From: Malacoraja senta | Taxonomy: Eukaryota | Length of the DNA stretch: 64,000 bases | Direction of reading: 5' to 3' | Assembly: GCA_038087875.1 (NCBI GenBank) | Contig: CM075982.1 | Location: 23,002,001-23,066,000, forward strand | Part shown: piece by piece, positions 51,654-64,000 of the stretch | Position numbering within the stretch: position 1 is the first letter of the stretch | How the letters are laid out: every line of letters begins with the position of its first letter | The notes under the pieces: generated by a model | Databases searched by the model: none | What the model was told of the DNA's origin: nothing | The model's input: the letters and a program-made list of their open reading frames with translations, nothing else | Made by a program: the position numbers and the translations under genes

Positions 51654-53815
51654 TTTCTACTCAGAGGCGTGGCACTGCCATCAAAACCGTGATGTTGAGA
51701 AATGGAGCGCTGTGTGATGTTCAGTACAAGGGCAACTACTGAATAATAGAGCTGAGCTTCTTCTTTACAATGTGCCAGAAGGAAGCTTGGCTTGAAACAT
51801 AACAACGATAATACACGCTTCCATCTGCTGACCTAAGATCACAGCAGAAAGATAACATACGACATTCACGATTTCAGTTGTTTTCACGACTAAGAACTCG
51901 CTCGACAAGAAGTGATTGATTTTAGCAGCTTTCTTTTTACACTTCCTACAGGCAGGGTGCACACTTGTGCCATCCAATTCCCCATTCACAAGCTTCATTT
52001 GTTTTTGATGCAAAGTATTTGGTCACCAGTCCTCGGTCCCTCCAAGTGGCTTTGTGTCAAATTTTGTTTGACACTGCTCCTGTAAAATGCCTTGGGATGC
52101 TTTACTATATTAAATGCGCTATCTAAATGCAAATTGAAGCTGAATTGTCAAATAGAAGGGACAGAGAGAAATCACCAGCACTAACAGAACAGATCAAAGA
52201 GAAAATTCAGAGAGGCAGATACCCTAAGGCATATTTGTGCATTTCTTGGTCAACGCCAGTGTCCCTTGTTTGGATAACAGGCAATAATGCAAGGTATGAA
52301 GGAAAATGAAACACATAAAAATAGAAAGGTTTCTGCAATTGGGTTGGGAGCACAATTATAAATGGCACTGCTTTTAATGCTTCGTATGGGAATAAATTCA
52401 ATTAGCGTTTGTAATCTCTGCTGCGAGCATGTGTATAAGCACGCGTGTGCACATGGGTTTGCACGCATGCTGCGCCTGTGTCCATGCATGCAGTAGGTGC
52501 GCGTGAAAATGCACGCATGAATACTATATGCAAGGTAAAATAAATCAGGCACAAGTGCAACAGCTGTTATGGCTGGAAGCACAATTGACACAAAGTTTCG
52601 GCAGATCAGGGTGTCCATTTGGAATAAGGTACTTCAGAATGCCCAGCAGCCTGTGTACCACAGCAGAAGAGAGTTTTGCTTTGAGACTTGAAGCGAATAT
52701 AAGACTTGAATACAAGGAGAGAAAGTACTGTCCGCCCACACTAGTTTAAACAAGCACAAGAGACTTTCAGCATCTACCACTTCCTCTCACACCACGGCCT
52801 GGCCTTTCCCTGACATCAACACATTCTCTCTCTCTGAGAAATTCCAAACAGCATTTCCTCAAAAAAAGATCAAACCGTGGGATAAATTTCTCTGGGAATC
52901 CTCATCCTCCTCACAGCCCATGACTGCAGGTACTAAGAATAAACTAAATTCCAGGAAGTCTTTGGACTTATAATGCTGCTCTGGGAAAACTTTTGGTAAT
53001 CCTTAACACGAGTGATCTCCAGGGTCAAAGACAAAAAGGTCATCGTGCTCGACACATCAGCTCCCTGTCTGCATTAAATGCCAATGTACTGGGTGTCAAC
53101 ACCGCTCACACTTCTTCTCTATTTCATATATTGAGATTGTGTGGGAGTTGCAATCAACCCTTTTTATCCAGCACTCACTATCAAATTAAAAGTACATATG
53201 AGGACCACATTGTTACTTTGCGTGGACCTTCACTAGAATAGGAAGGGGGTGAGGGAGGATCCTGCAGGGAACCTCAATCTGGATGATACCTGTAGGTCAT
53301 CAACATTTCTTGTCAGCAAATGTACAGGAATGGCTGTGTGGCCTTAAACGGATTATATCACTGTTATTGTGAGGGATTTATCATAGGGCATTTAGTCATG
53401 GTGTTTAAGAGGCTTTTAGATCACCACATGGATATGTAGGGAATGGTGGGATGCAGATCATATGCAGGCAGATGAGATTAGTTTAATTTGACATCATGAT
53501 GGGCAGACATTGTGGGTTGAAGGGCTTGTTCTTGTGCTGTACTGTTTTATGTTCTACGTTACAGTGAGTAGTGTGACCGTTACAGTATGGGTTAGGGTAT
53601 ACCAGAGAGGGGAAAAGTGAGGTTTAGAGTACACTAGAGTGTATTATAGTGAAAGGTTTTGGCTACTCAGAAACACTTATCATGGTGAGTTGGTATATCA
53701 GACGGTAAAGAAATGAATGAGCATTCAAATAAACTATTCCCCTAGTTCTAGACCTCCTCAGAAGGGGAAACAACTCTGAGCATCTACCTTGTCAAGTCCC
53801 ATCAGAATAACAAGA

Positions 53816-53829
53816 GCACTAGGTGGCAC
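53816..53829 (+). promoter_or_regulatory. Candidate CTCF site
   Basis: GCACTAGGTGGCAC, one mismatch to the core consensus CCASYAGRKGGCRS. Confidence 0.4.
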
Positions 53830-54068
53830 CTGTTGAAGACTTTTGGAAATTTAAATACGTTTTATCAAGCAGTTTCTCTTCATCCGTGCTGTTAACTACA
53901 TCCTCAAAGAATTTCAATAAATTTGTCAGGAACAATTTCTCTTTCACAAAACTGTGTTTATTTTAATTATGATTTTCTGAAGGACTTGCCACTTTGTTCT
54001 TAATAATAGATTGAGACCGACAGGATAATACACTGATGGTTGTGTTTAGAATGCTATAATGAGAGGTC

Positions 54069-54181
54069 TTGGTCCATCGCTGGATCTCGAATAATGACGA
54101 GGTGGAAATTGCAAGCTTAGTAACATGGTGTCAAGACAACAACCTCACCCTCAATGTCAGCAAGACAAAGGAGCTAGTTAT
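54069..54181 (+). mobile_element. Rex1/Babar RT fragment
   Basis: Peptide WISNNDEVEIASLVTWCQDNNLTLNVSKTKELVI. Confidence 0.65.
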
Positions 54182-55350
54182 TGAGACACAAGAAAATGCA
54201 GAAGCTGCAATTTTGAATAAGATACAAAGCACCGAAGGAACTCAGTGGGTGAGGTAGCATCTCTAGAGGGAAAGGACAGACGATGTTTCGGGTTGATTGT
54301 AGTAGAGGGGAGAAAGCTGGAAATGAGAGGTGAGGTTGGGACAGTGCTGGCATGTGATAGGTGGTTGCAGGTGAGGGAGGGGTTTGATTGTCAGATGGGT
54401 GGAGTACGTGACAAAGGCTCGAAGTGAAAAGGAGATAAAAGGGTGTCAGATAAGGAAGGAAGAGGAGTGAAATCTTAAGACAGGGGGACGGATATAGGTG
54501 GAAGGGAAGAGGCAGGGGGAAAAGACGAGGGATAAAAGTAAACAAGGGGCTCAGGATGGGAGATGAGTGTACGAAGGAGGGGACAGAAAGAGGTTGGGGG
54601 GGGGGAATAGGAGAAATGGGTGTGGGGTAAGAGGAAAGAGAGAGTGGGTAGGGAGCTATTACTTGAAAATGGAGAATTCATTGTTGTGTTGGGTTGTAAG
54701 CTCCCCTAGTGAAATATGAAGTGCTGTTGCTCCAGTTTGTATATAGCCTCACTCTGGCAATGGAGGAGGCCAGCGATGGGAAAGGGTGTTAAAATTGCTA
54801 GCATCCAGTAACTTCAGCAGATCTTGGTGGACAGAGCGAAGTGATCGGTGAAACGGTTGCCTAGTCTACGCTTGGTCTCTCCGATGTAAAGCAGGCCACT
54901 GATCAGGAGCACTGAATGCAATAGACATGTTTGAAAGAGTCGCATGTGAATCTCTGTTTACACCTGGAAGGGCTGCTGGGTTCACTGGAAGGAAGTGAGA
55001 GAGGAGGTGGAGACAAGTGTTATATATCCTGCGGTTGCTGCTCTGGTGAATGATTTGTTGGATGCGGAGACTGGTGGGGTGAAAAGTAAGAACCAGGAGA
55101 ACTCTATCCTTGTTTTAGTGTGGGGAGAAGGAGCAAGCGCAGAACTGCACAACACAGAGGAGACATGGTGAAGGCTCCATCCTCACCAACAGTGAGGATA
55201 CCATGTTTACTGAAAAGAGAGGGCAGCTTGAATGTCCTAGACTGGAAAGCTTCAACTTGGGAACAGATGCACCGGAGATGGCAAAATTGTGAGTAAGGAA
55301 TGCCATCTTTGTAAGAGGCAGGGACGAGTTATAGTCAAGATAGCTGTGGG
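54182..55350 (-). mobile_element. Penelope-like element fragment (RT C-terminus/GIY-YIG remnant plus terminus)
   Basis: The reverse complement of 54665-54960 resembles the 61846-62095 GIY-YIG coding segment. The purine-rich 3' UTR and terminal arm match the other PLE copies. Confidence 0.7.
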
Positions 55351-55924
55351 AGTGAGTGGTGTGTTACTGTGAGATATTTAAGCCTATTGGAGTGTTACAA
55401 TGAGGGATGTGGTGTATTTCAGAATGATGCTGTGAAGTCTGTATATATGTCAGAGTTTTGCTTTGATGATTTTGGATATGCACTGTTATAGTGAGGAGTC
55501 TGTGGTAGATTAGATTCACAGAGCAACCAATCATGCAATGTAATGCTTTTTGTTATTTCAGTCTACCTTATGTTGTATGAATAAAGTCCTTGTGAACTTG
55601 TTGCAATAAAATAAGACCTTGCCTAGATGTGTTTCTAAATCATAACCGAATGGCCTTTCACTAAACTCCAAGAGACAGTGACCAGGCCCTTTGTTTCATC
55701 ATACTGCTTCCTGTGCAGCTTTCAAAATAACATCTGCAGAAGTGATTTCAGCCTGAGAATCCTTGAACTGAAAACGTGGGAGTGAAAAGTGAAATCAGTA
55801 ATGGGTGCTGAAATATCCAGTGGAGTCTCTCCACTACAGTTGCTGCTCACCACAGCCCACCGTTCACGTTTCATTGCAAAAGGTTATATTTCTTGTTAAC
55901 ATGTTTTAATGCTTACCGTGGAGA

Positions 55925-56245
55925 CATTCTTCACGAGGCTGAATAGCAAGTGTCCAGGCTACAGAGTAATGGAATCAAGATCCAGAGGACATAGGTTTAA
56001 GGTGAGAGGGGAAAGATTTAATAGGAACCCTGAGGGACAACATTTTCTCACAGTGGGTATCTGGAGCAAGTTGCCAGAGGAGGGAGTTGAGGTTATTTAA
56101 AAGACATTTCGACAGGTACCTGGATAGGAAAGTTGAGAGGGATATGAGCCAAATGTGGGCAGGTGGGACTAGCTTAGATGAGGCATCTTGGTCAGCGTGG
56201 GTCAGTTGGGCCAAAGGGCCTGTTTCCATGCTGCATGACTCTATC
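55925..56245 (+). mobile_element. CR1 LINE 3' end
   Basis: Peptide SRGHRFKVRGERFNRN...; tail 'gggccaaagggcctgtttccatgctgcatgactctat'. Confidence 0.8.
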
Positions 56246-59014
56246 ACTATGCCGGGAATTGTAAGTGAAGCAACTGCAAAATGTGTACGAGTACTGACTA
56301 GGAGCAATGGTTAGCCAACAGTGAGGAGCAAAACACTTGGTTGTATCTTTTCCCTTCACTGGTTTAGAGCACTGCAAGGGATAGAAGAAGAATCACTAGA
56401 AATTTCCAAAATAAAACTGGATAATTAAAAATGAATTATCCCAAGCTAAGAATGCAAGCTGAAGTGATTATTAACTAGTTCTTCAAAAAGCTGGCTCAGG
56501 CCCCGAGGGCCAAAGATTTTGAATGATTCTCATGGAAACAGGACCATCAGCCCAACAAGTCTGCGCTGACCATCAACCACCCATTTACACTAATCCTACT
56601 GTAATCTCCATATTCCCATCAATATCCCCACAGTTTCCACCACTCACCTCCACCCTGGGGGCAATATTTCTTAATGATAGCAGAGCAAAGCCAGCACCAG
56701 GGGGAATTAGTTATCTTTCACCACCACAATGTGCAGAGCACATATCTACCAGGCTGCTCCCAGTGGCCTTGGGCCCAGGTGAGAAAATCATTACCTTCAT
56801 TCTTCAATGCCATTTTATGATGGCAAAATTCTATGTTTTCTGCCATCCCACTGTGATAGGGAACCCTCCCAACTACTTATCCTTTAAAATAACTACATAT
56901 TCATTCTGAGAGTTTTATAAATTGCTAAAATTTTAATTTAAAGATCAAACTTTCGCTCAATGCTGTGTGAACACAAATTGGTGGGAAAATCACTGACCCA
57001 CGCTAAAGGAAGGTGCCTCACTTCCCCATCCCCCTTGTCCCTAAACCCCAAGGGGAGAAAGACTCGACTGAATGCCAGAGACCAGTAGTTGAACTTCCTT
57101 GTGGAAATTACGGTAAGTTTTCCCTGTGAATGACAAATGGGTCACATCTAAGGGCACAACGAAAAGTGGGAAACATTTGAGAGACAAACATTTTGTTCCC
57201 AGGCTTTTTTTTTATTTACACATTTCTATTTAAAATACAAAAAAGAAGTTGTCAGTTCCCTGGTCCCACAGTGTCTGACTTCCCTCAGGAGCCCTTGGGT
57301 TACAGTATGTGAAAGTGCTCCATGCCAAGACACTGTGGAAGCAAACTGGAGCCTTCCCTTTGCTCACTTAGTGACATATTCCTGACGGACTGTGTGGTCA
57401 GTGAACGGATCTTTGGAGGCCTGAATCCTAGCCAATGCTTGCACTTCAGCTTCCTGACCTGGCAGTCATTCAGAGAGACCCTGCTAAGTGCTATTTCCTA
57501 AATACACCAGCATTTCATAACAGTCTCACCACATTACTTTCCTCTACAACCCTGTTCACTGAGTCGGCATCCTTTCTGGTTAACCTACACTGGCTGCATT
57601 TGGAAACTATGAGGGATCAGATCAACATATTCCTCACCTCCTCCCTTTTATTCCAACATGTTTACAAATTCTCACAGTATTGCACAAACAAATGATAAAA
57701 GTGGATTTTCTTTCCAACAGATTTTGTTGACAACTGCATTACATTAAGATATCAATAAATTGCACAACTTGTCATCAAGCCATTCATGTTGCAAGTGACA
57801 ATTACATTCATTGTCAAACAACCCCAAAATAACTTGGATTTACGTAGCATTGTCAGCAAAGTGCAGCATCCCAAATGCTTCCCAGGAACAAGTTCAAACA
57901 AAAAAAAGACATAGATTGGGACAGATATAGTGTCCTAAAGGAAGGTGCAGAGAGATTTATGATCTTTTCGCCTTAAACCCGAGACTCCAAAGATGAAGCT
58001 GTGAACGTCAAGCACGAGAGTGGCCAGAAATGGACAATCACAGGTATTCCATGAAGAGGACTGGCCATGATAGGGAGGGACACCCATGGAGGGGTTTGAA
58101 AGCAAGGATAAATATTTTGAAATTGTTTTTTGGAAGAAGTTTGCTAAGTTAACAACATTCATTAGATCACATTGTTATTCTTTTTGTGTGGTTTAATAAA
58201 CATAAAGGCAATTTATCAAAGTCAGAGATCTTGGGACTAGGTATGAGAAATAATTCTGTATTATAGTCAGCCAAATATGAGCAGTCACAGTTGGATTTCT
58301 TTGTAATTCTCTTATGTAACAAAGGCACACCCGACAAGCACTGATTGCCTTTGAAAAGGTAGCATAGAAGCTCGCAATCCATGTGATGAAGGAGCTCCCA
58401 CAGAGCTGTTGGGAGGGTGTCCTCAGATTTAGTCTAGAGATGATAAAGGATCAGCAATGGTTTTCCAGATCAGAATGGTATGCAACTTGGAGGGGAATCT
58501 GCATGTTGCAGTGTTTCCATGTGCTTGCTGTCCTTGGCGGCGCGGACCGTGGGTTTGGGAGGTACTGTCAGAGTAGCTCAGGTGAATGACTGGAGTGGAT
58601 TTTGTAGATGGCATACACTGTTGTCAATGTGTGCTGGTCAAAGAAGAGATGAATATTTAGCATGGTAGAAGGATACAATTAAGTGGCTGCTTGCCCTGAG
58701 AGGTGCTGTTGTTGTTGAGTTGTTGAAGCAGCACATCCGGACAAGTGGAGAATATTTTACCAGACTATTGACTTGCTTTCAGAAGGATACCCAACTTTTG
58801 ACGTGGCTGGTCTAGTTTAGATAACTCCCAGAGTGTTGATAGTGGGGGATTCAATAAATATAATGCCATTGAATGTCAAAGGTAGTGATTAGACTTTCCT
58901 GTTGGTTATTGCGTGACATTTGTGTGATACGAGTATCATTTGCCACTGATCAGCCCATGTATAAACATTGTTTGGGTTTTGCTGTATGCTGATACGGGGT
59001 TGCTTACTTTGTGC

Positions 59015-59967
59015 AGAACATAGAAAAGTACAGCACAGAAACCGTCCCTTCAGCCCACAATGTCTATGCTGAACATAATACCAAGATAACCTAATCTCAT
59101 CTACTTGCACATGATCCATACCCTTCCATTCCCAACATATGCATGTGCCTATCTAAGAGCCTCGAACACCACTATCATATCTGCCTCCATCACTACCTCT
59201 GGCTGTGCGTTCCAGGCACGACCACTCTATATGTACAAAAACCTGCTCTGCACGTCCTTTTTAAACCTTACCCCTCTCACCTTAAAGCTATGCCCTCCAG
59301 TTTTCTAGTCGTTGATATTTCCAGTCTGGGGAAAAAGGTTCAGACTGCCTATCAATGCCACTCATAATGTTATATACTTCTATTGGGCTCCCCTCAACCT
59401 TAGACATTCCAGAGAAAACAAACCAAGATTGCCCAACCTCTCCTTCTAGCTAATACCCCCTAATCCAGGCAGCCTTCTGGTAAACCTCTTCTGTGCCTCT
59501 CCAAAGCCTCCACATCCTTCCTGCAGTGGGGTGGCCAGTTCAGTACAAAATACTCCAAAGTATTTAGAAGAATGAGGGGGGACCTCATTGAAACATACAG
59601 AATAGTGAAAGGCTTGGATATTGTGGATGTGGAGAGGATGTTTCCACTAGTGGGAAAGTCTAGAATTAGAGGTCATAGCCTCAGAATTAAAGGGCGTTCT
59701 TTTAGGAAGGTGATGAGGAGAATTTCTTTAGTCAGAGGGTGATGAATCTGTGGAATTCTTTGCCACAAAAGGCTGTAGAGGTCAAGTCAGTGGATATTTT
59801 TAAGGCAGAGATAGATAGATTTTTGATTAGTACAGGTTTCAGAGGTTATGGGGAGAAGGCAGAAGAATGTGGTTTGGAGGGAGAGATAGATCAGCCATGA
59901 TTGAATGGTGGAGTAGACTTGATGGGCCGAATGGCCTAATTCTACTCCTATCACTTATGACCTTATG
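59015..59967. mobile_element. Two CR1 3' ends joined head-to-head (minus 59015-59560, plus 59561-59967), nested in an older LINE (58385-59010, 59970-60150)
   Basis: The minus copy has tail 'gaacatagaaaagtacagcacagaaacc'. The plus copy is near-identical in family to 45264-45607 and ends 'tatgaccttatgac'. Confidence 0.8.
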
Positions 59968-61104
59968 ACATCCGCACTTTGTGATGGAAGGAAGTCATTG
60001 GTGAAGCAGCTGTACCTAGGTCACTGCCCTGAAGAAATCCTACACTAATATCTGCGGTTGGGATGATTGACTGTCAACAACCATAAGCATCTTCGTTCAT
60101 GCAAGGTATAACTCCAACTATTGGGAGTGTTTTCTTCTCGACATCCAGGTTTTATCAAAAGCTATCTGAAATCTCCAACAGGCAGTGTAAAGCCACAATG
60201 GACACGAGGTCCGGTTGCTGTGTAATCGTTGATCCCTGTAGGGTCTGAGGTTGCGTTCAGCATCTGGGTGAACACACTGAATAATTTACATGGTCAAAAT
60301 GCTTTAACATCTAGTAAAATGCCAGATCGAAAAAAGGTTATGCGGCTCATCTGCTGAATATATCACAGGTTTTTACATATGTTACAAGTAAAAACTTTAA
60401 ACTACAAAAACAGACAGAGCCCTGTGTCTGTGGACTATTAGAAAGTAATTTGTTTAAGTAACTTAATTAGCATCCGTCCTGTTTAATAAATGACCTGGCT
60501 TCCCCATCCCTAAACACAAATGGTGCTCCCAAAAAGGTCAGTTGATTACATAATTAATTAAAGGTGGCGGAACAGTGTGCTGGGGCACTGATGCCTCGTG
60601 CCATTTAACCAGGAAATGTGCCTTAGTGCACTTAAAGTCTTGCATGCTTTTAGGTTGTCAAATCTCCAGAATTGTTCCAAGAATTAATGATTAAACTTCG
60701 AGACAGCAACACCTCAAGGGAAAACCCCCCCAAAGTAGCATTTAAAAAAAAGTGCCCAATAAAATTATTATTTTTAGCCTTCTTCTGTAAAAGCATGTTT
60801 AACTGACAGTCAAAATATTTGTAATCGAGTTTACAAAGAGGACATTTGTTTTCCAATTGGACATGGTTAGGTAGGGGGTATGGAGAGAAGGAATGGGTGA
60901 TGTTGCGGGTCCTGGATGATTGATGCATATGGTGGCCAATGGTCGGGGTATGGATCCAGCCTTTATATACTTATTGCATAGAAAACTGGGAGACACATTG
61001 ATAGGTGGCAGTCATGTGATGGTAACTAAACTATATTCAGCCAGAGTTGGCAATCCTACCAGGATCATATTCTCTCTTACTTTGCCAAAATAACCTGCAC
61101 GGTT

Positions 61105-61298
61105 AAAACAGAAAATGCTGAAAACATTCACAGGTTAGGCAGCTTCCGTGGAAAGAGAAGATATTAGTCTGAAGAAGGGTCTCGACTCGAAATGTCACCT
61201 ATTCCTTCTCTCCAGAGATGCTGACTGTCCTGCTGAGTTACTCCAGCATTTTGCGTCTATCTTTGATTTAAACCAGCATCTGCAGTTTTTTACTACAC
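61105..61298 (+). mobile_element. Penelope terminus with hammerhead core
   Basis: CTGAAGA(61169-75)-AGGGTCTCGACTC-GAAA(61189-92)-TGTC-ACC followed by the conserved arm. Confidence 0.6.
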
Positions 61299-61303
61299 AT
61301 ATC

Positions 61304-61845
61304 GGTATTGGTATTGGTTTATTATTGTCACATGTCCTAAGATGCAGTGAAAAACAATGCTTTATGTTGCTTTCCAGGAAGATCAGACCATTCATCAGAA
61401 CTATACAATCATACGATACATAAGTACAAGACTGATGGTCGAGCAAATGAACCATCCTATTTCCTACCAGAGAGCGGTCCTAAGCTACCATCTATTTCAT
61501 TGGAGACCCTCAGACAATCTTTAATTGGACTTTTCTGGACTTTATCTTGCACTAAATGTTATTATCTTTATCCTGTAGCTGTACATTGTGGGCGGCTTGA
61601 TTGTAATCATGTATAGTCTTTCCGCTGACTGGATTGCACACCACAAAAAAGATTTTAACTGTAGCTCGTTATACATGACAATTCAACTAAACCAATCTAA
61701 ACTAAAACTACAACAGGTAGAGTGAAAAAAGGAAAAAGAGTGCAGAATATAGTGTTACTACTACATTGAAAGTGCAGATAATTATAAGTGCAAAGGATGC
61801 AATAAAGTAGATTGTGAGATCCGAAACACATCCTTAGCATAGTTT
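61304..61845. mobile_element. Nested Rex1/Babar-type tail fragments (both orientations)
   Basis: Minus tail 'ggtattggtattggtttattattgtcac' and plus tail '...gttatacatgacaattcaactaaaccaatctaaactaaa'. Confidence 0.5.
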
Positions 61846-62298
61846 CCAGTATATCAGCGAGACTGAGCGCAGGCTCGGTGATCGTTTCGCTGAGCACCTA
61901 CACTCAGTCCGTCTAAACCTACCTGATCTCCCAGTTGCTCAACACTTTAACTCCCCCTCCCATTCCCACACTGAGCTTTCTGTCCTCGGCCTCCTTTATT
62001 GTCAAGAGTGTGGCCCACCACAAATTGGAGGATCAGCTCCTCAGATTTCGCTTGGGTAGCTTACACCCCAGCGAAATGAACATTAACTTCAAGTAGCCCT
62101 TGCTTTCCCTCTCTCTCCATCCCCTCCCCATCCCAGTTTTCCGACCAGCCTTACTGTCTCCGACTACATTTTATCTCTGTACCGCCCACTCCCCTGACAT
62201 CAGTCTGAAGAAGGCTCTCTTCCCGAAACGTCACCCATTCCTTCTCTCCAGAGATGCTGCCTGTCCCGCTGATTTACTCCAGCATTTTGTGTCTATCT
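61846..62298 (+). mobile_element. Penelope-like element 3' fragment: degenerate GIY-YIG endonuclease C-terminus, 3' UTR and hammerhead-bearing terminus
   Basis: Translates to YISETERRLGDRFAEHLHSVRLNLPDLPVAQHFNSPSHSHTELSVLGLLYCQ...(frameshift)...EDQLLRFRLGSLHPSEMNINF, typical of the PLE GIY-YIG domain. Followed by CTGAAGA(62205-11)...GAAAC GTC(62225-32). Confidence 0.85.
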
Positions 62299-62299
62299 T

Positions 62300-62710
62300 A
62301 GCATATGTGAGGGTCATTCAAGAGTCTAAGAACAGTGGGGAAGAAGCTGTTCTTGAATCTAGCAATATGTGCTTTGAAGCTTGTGTATCTTCTTCCTGAT
62401 GAGAGAATAGGAAATGACTGCGCTGTGACTGTTTTTTGATTGCATTCACTGCTTTCTTAAGGCAGCGTGAAGTGGAGTTGGAGTCAATGGGGGAGTGGTA
62501 GGGGAGAAGCTAGTTTGTATGATTGTCTGGTCTGCGCCCACAATTGTCTGCAATCCGATGGGATGCTTTCTACAGTGCATCAGTAGGAAGTGTTAAGAGT
62601 TGTTGGAGACATGCCGAATTTCCTGAGCCTTGTGAGGAAGTAGAGGCATTGGCGAATTTTCTTTGCCGTAACATCAATGTGGTTGGAGCAGATCAAATTG
62701 TTGGTGATAT
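62300..62710 (-). mobile_element. Second Rex1/Babar fragment, inverted
   Basis: Antisense to the C-terminal RT region ('gacatgccgaatttcctgagccttgtgaggaagtagaggcattgg'). Confidence 0.6.
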
Positions 62711-62714
62711 TTAC

Positions 62715-63400
62715 TACATTCTCAGCCCCTTAGTATACTCACTAGACATTTATGACTGTGTGGCCAAATTCTGCTCCATTTATAGTTTTGCAGATAATAC
62801 CACTGTAGGACGGGATAGAGTACAGGAAGGAGATAGAGATTTTAGTAGCATGATGTCAAGACAAGAAGCTCTCCCTCAATGCCAGCAAAACATAGGAACT
62901 GGTTAATTACTTCAGAAAGCGGAGTAGAGCACACAATCCCCGGTCCACGTCATTTGTGTTTCAGTGAAGATGTCAAGTGCTTCAAGTTTCCAGGTGTAAA
63001 TATCACCAATATTTCGTCCTACTCCAACCACATTGAATCTAAGGCCATGAAAACACACCGACACCTTTACTTCTTCAGAAGGCTAAGAATATTTGGCACG
63101 TCTCCAATGATTCTTACCAGTTTCTATAGGCACATCTCATCGGAATGCCTCACGGACTGGTTTAGCAACTGCTCTGCTCAAGACCACAAGAAATTGCAGA
63201 AAGTTGCAAACGCTGCCCAGTTCATCACACAACCCCCCCCCCCCCACCACCACCCCCTCCATTCATGCTGCCTCGGAAAAGCAGTCAACATAATTAAGGT
63301 CCATTCACACCCCGGTCATTCTCTCTTCTTCCCTCTCCCGTGAGTCAGAAGATACAAATTGTTGAAAGCGTGTACCACAGGATTCAAGATATTGCCCAGA
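62715..63400 (+). mobile_element. Rex1/Babar non-LTR retrotransposon RT remnant (frameshifted)
   Basis: ORF fragments LSPLVYSLDIYDCVAKFCSIYSFADNTTVG (RT FADD-like motif) and FKFPGVNIT...HLYFFRRLRIFG...WFSNCSAQDHKKLQKVANAAQFIT are typical of Rex1/Babar. Confidence 0.8.
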
Positions 63401-64000
63401 CAGCTACATTGTTTGACAAATTATAAATGGAATTCATAAAATAATGACGTTTTCCTCTCATCCATTTTGTTTGATTTTGTTTGCACTCTCCAAGGACTCT
63501 TTTTCTTCCAACAATGATAGCTGGTGTAGCAGCCTCTTCCTTCACCTGATGGTCGGCAAGTGAATAAGTGTCTAGACCCTAAACTCTGGAATTCCTTCAT
63601 AATATTTCTCCATACACCTTTTTTTAAGATCTTCCTGAAAACCTTTTCTCTTTGACCAAGTTTTTTTGTCACCCTTCTGAACCATGCTTTCTTTTGTTCG
63701 AAGTCATTCAACTCACCTTTACCTACAATAAGGACATTATGTTATTGAATGTTGATGATGACAGCAAACATTCACAAACAGCAATATTATATTAAGCAGA
63801 TGGCTTGATTTAGCTATTTTAATTGAGGGATTAATATCTGCCAGGACACTGACAATACCTCTCTGTTCTTCATCGAAGCTGTGCCCAAGGATCTTTGACA
63901 TTGAATGATGAAAAGCACAGAAGAGATATGTGAAGTGAAGGAGAAGTTTATGTTTTGAAGGGTTAATTTAAAAAACAAATCATATTTCTGTTCTACAATT

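Overview
Eukaryotic genomic DNA, very probably from a cartilaginous fish (skate/ray-like). This is inferred from the repeat content: HE1-type V-SINEs, CR1/HER1-like tails, Deu-domain SINEs, Penelope and Rex1/Babar remnants. Only one host coding exon is recognisable: a 168-nt, phase 1-1 exon on the minus strand (17594-17761) encoding [56 protein letters not shown], which matches the near-C-terminal exon of BCAS3 as I recall the vertebrate protein. The rest of the window is therefore most likely BCAS3 intron: >46 kb of the very large upstream intron and up to ~17.6 kb of the downstream intron. In other vertebrates BCAS3 lies next to TBX2/TBX4. The introns hold many decayed and some young transposons, plus repeat-free, homeodomain-motif-rich blocks that could be enhancers. 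The most striking observation is a 147-bp SINE-like retroelement (12934-13080). Its first 54 nt fold into a complete minimal HDV/CPEB3-like ribozyme, followed by a 16-bp stem and a (GAA)n tail. It is flanked by a ~10-bp target-site duplication and is inserted into the hammerhead-ribozyme motif of a Penelope-derived element. Minimal Penelope-type hammerhead motifs recur across the window. Nearly all ORFs in the supplied track are spurious or transposon-derived. Repeat boundaries were read by eye and are approximate; no database searches were run.
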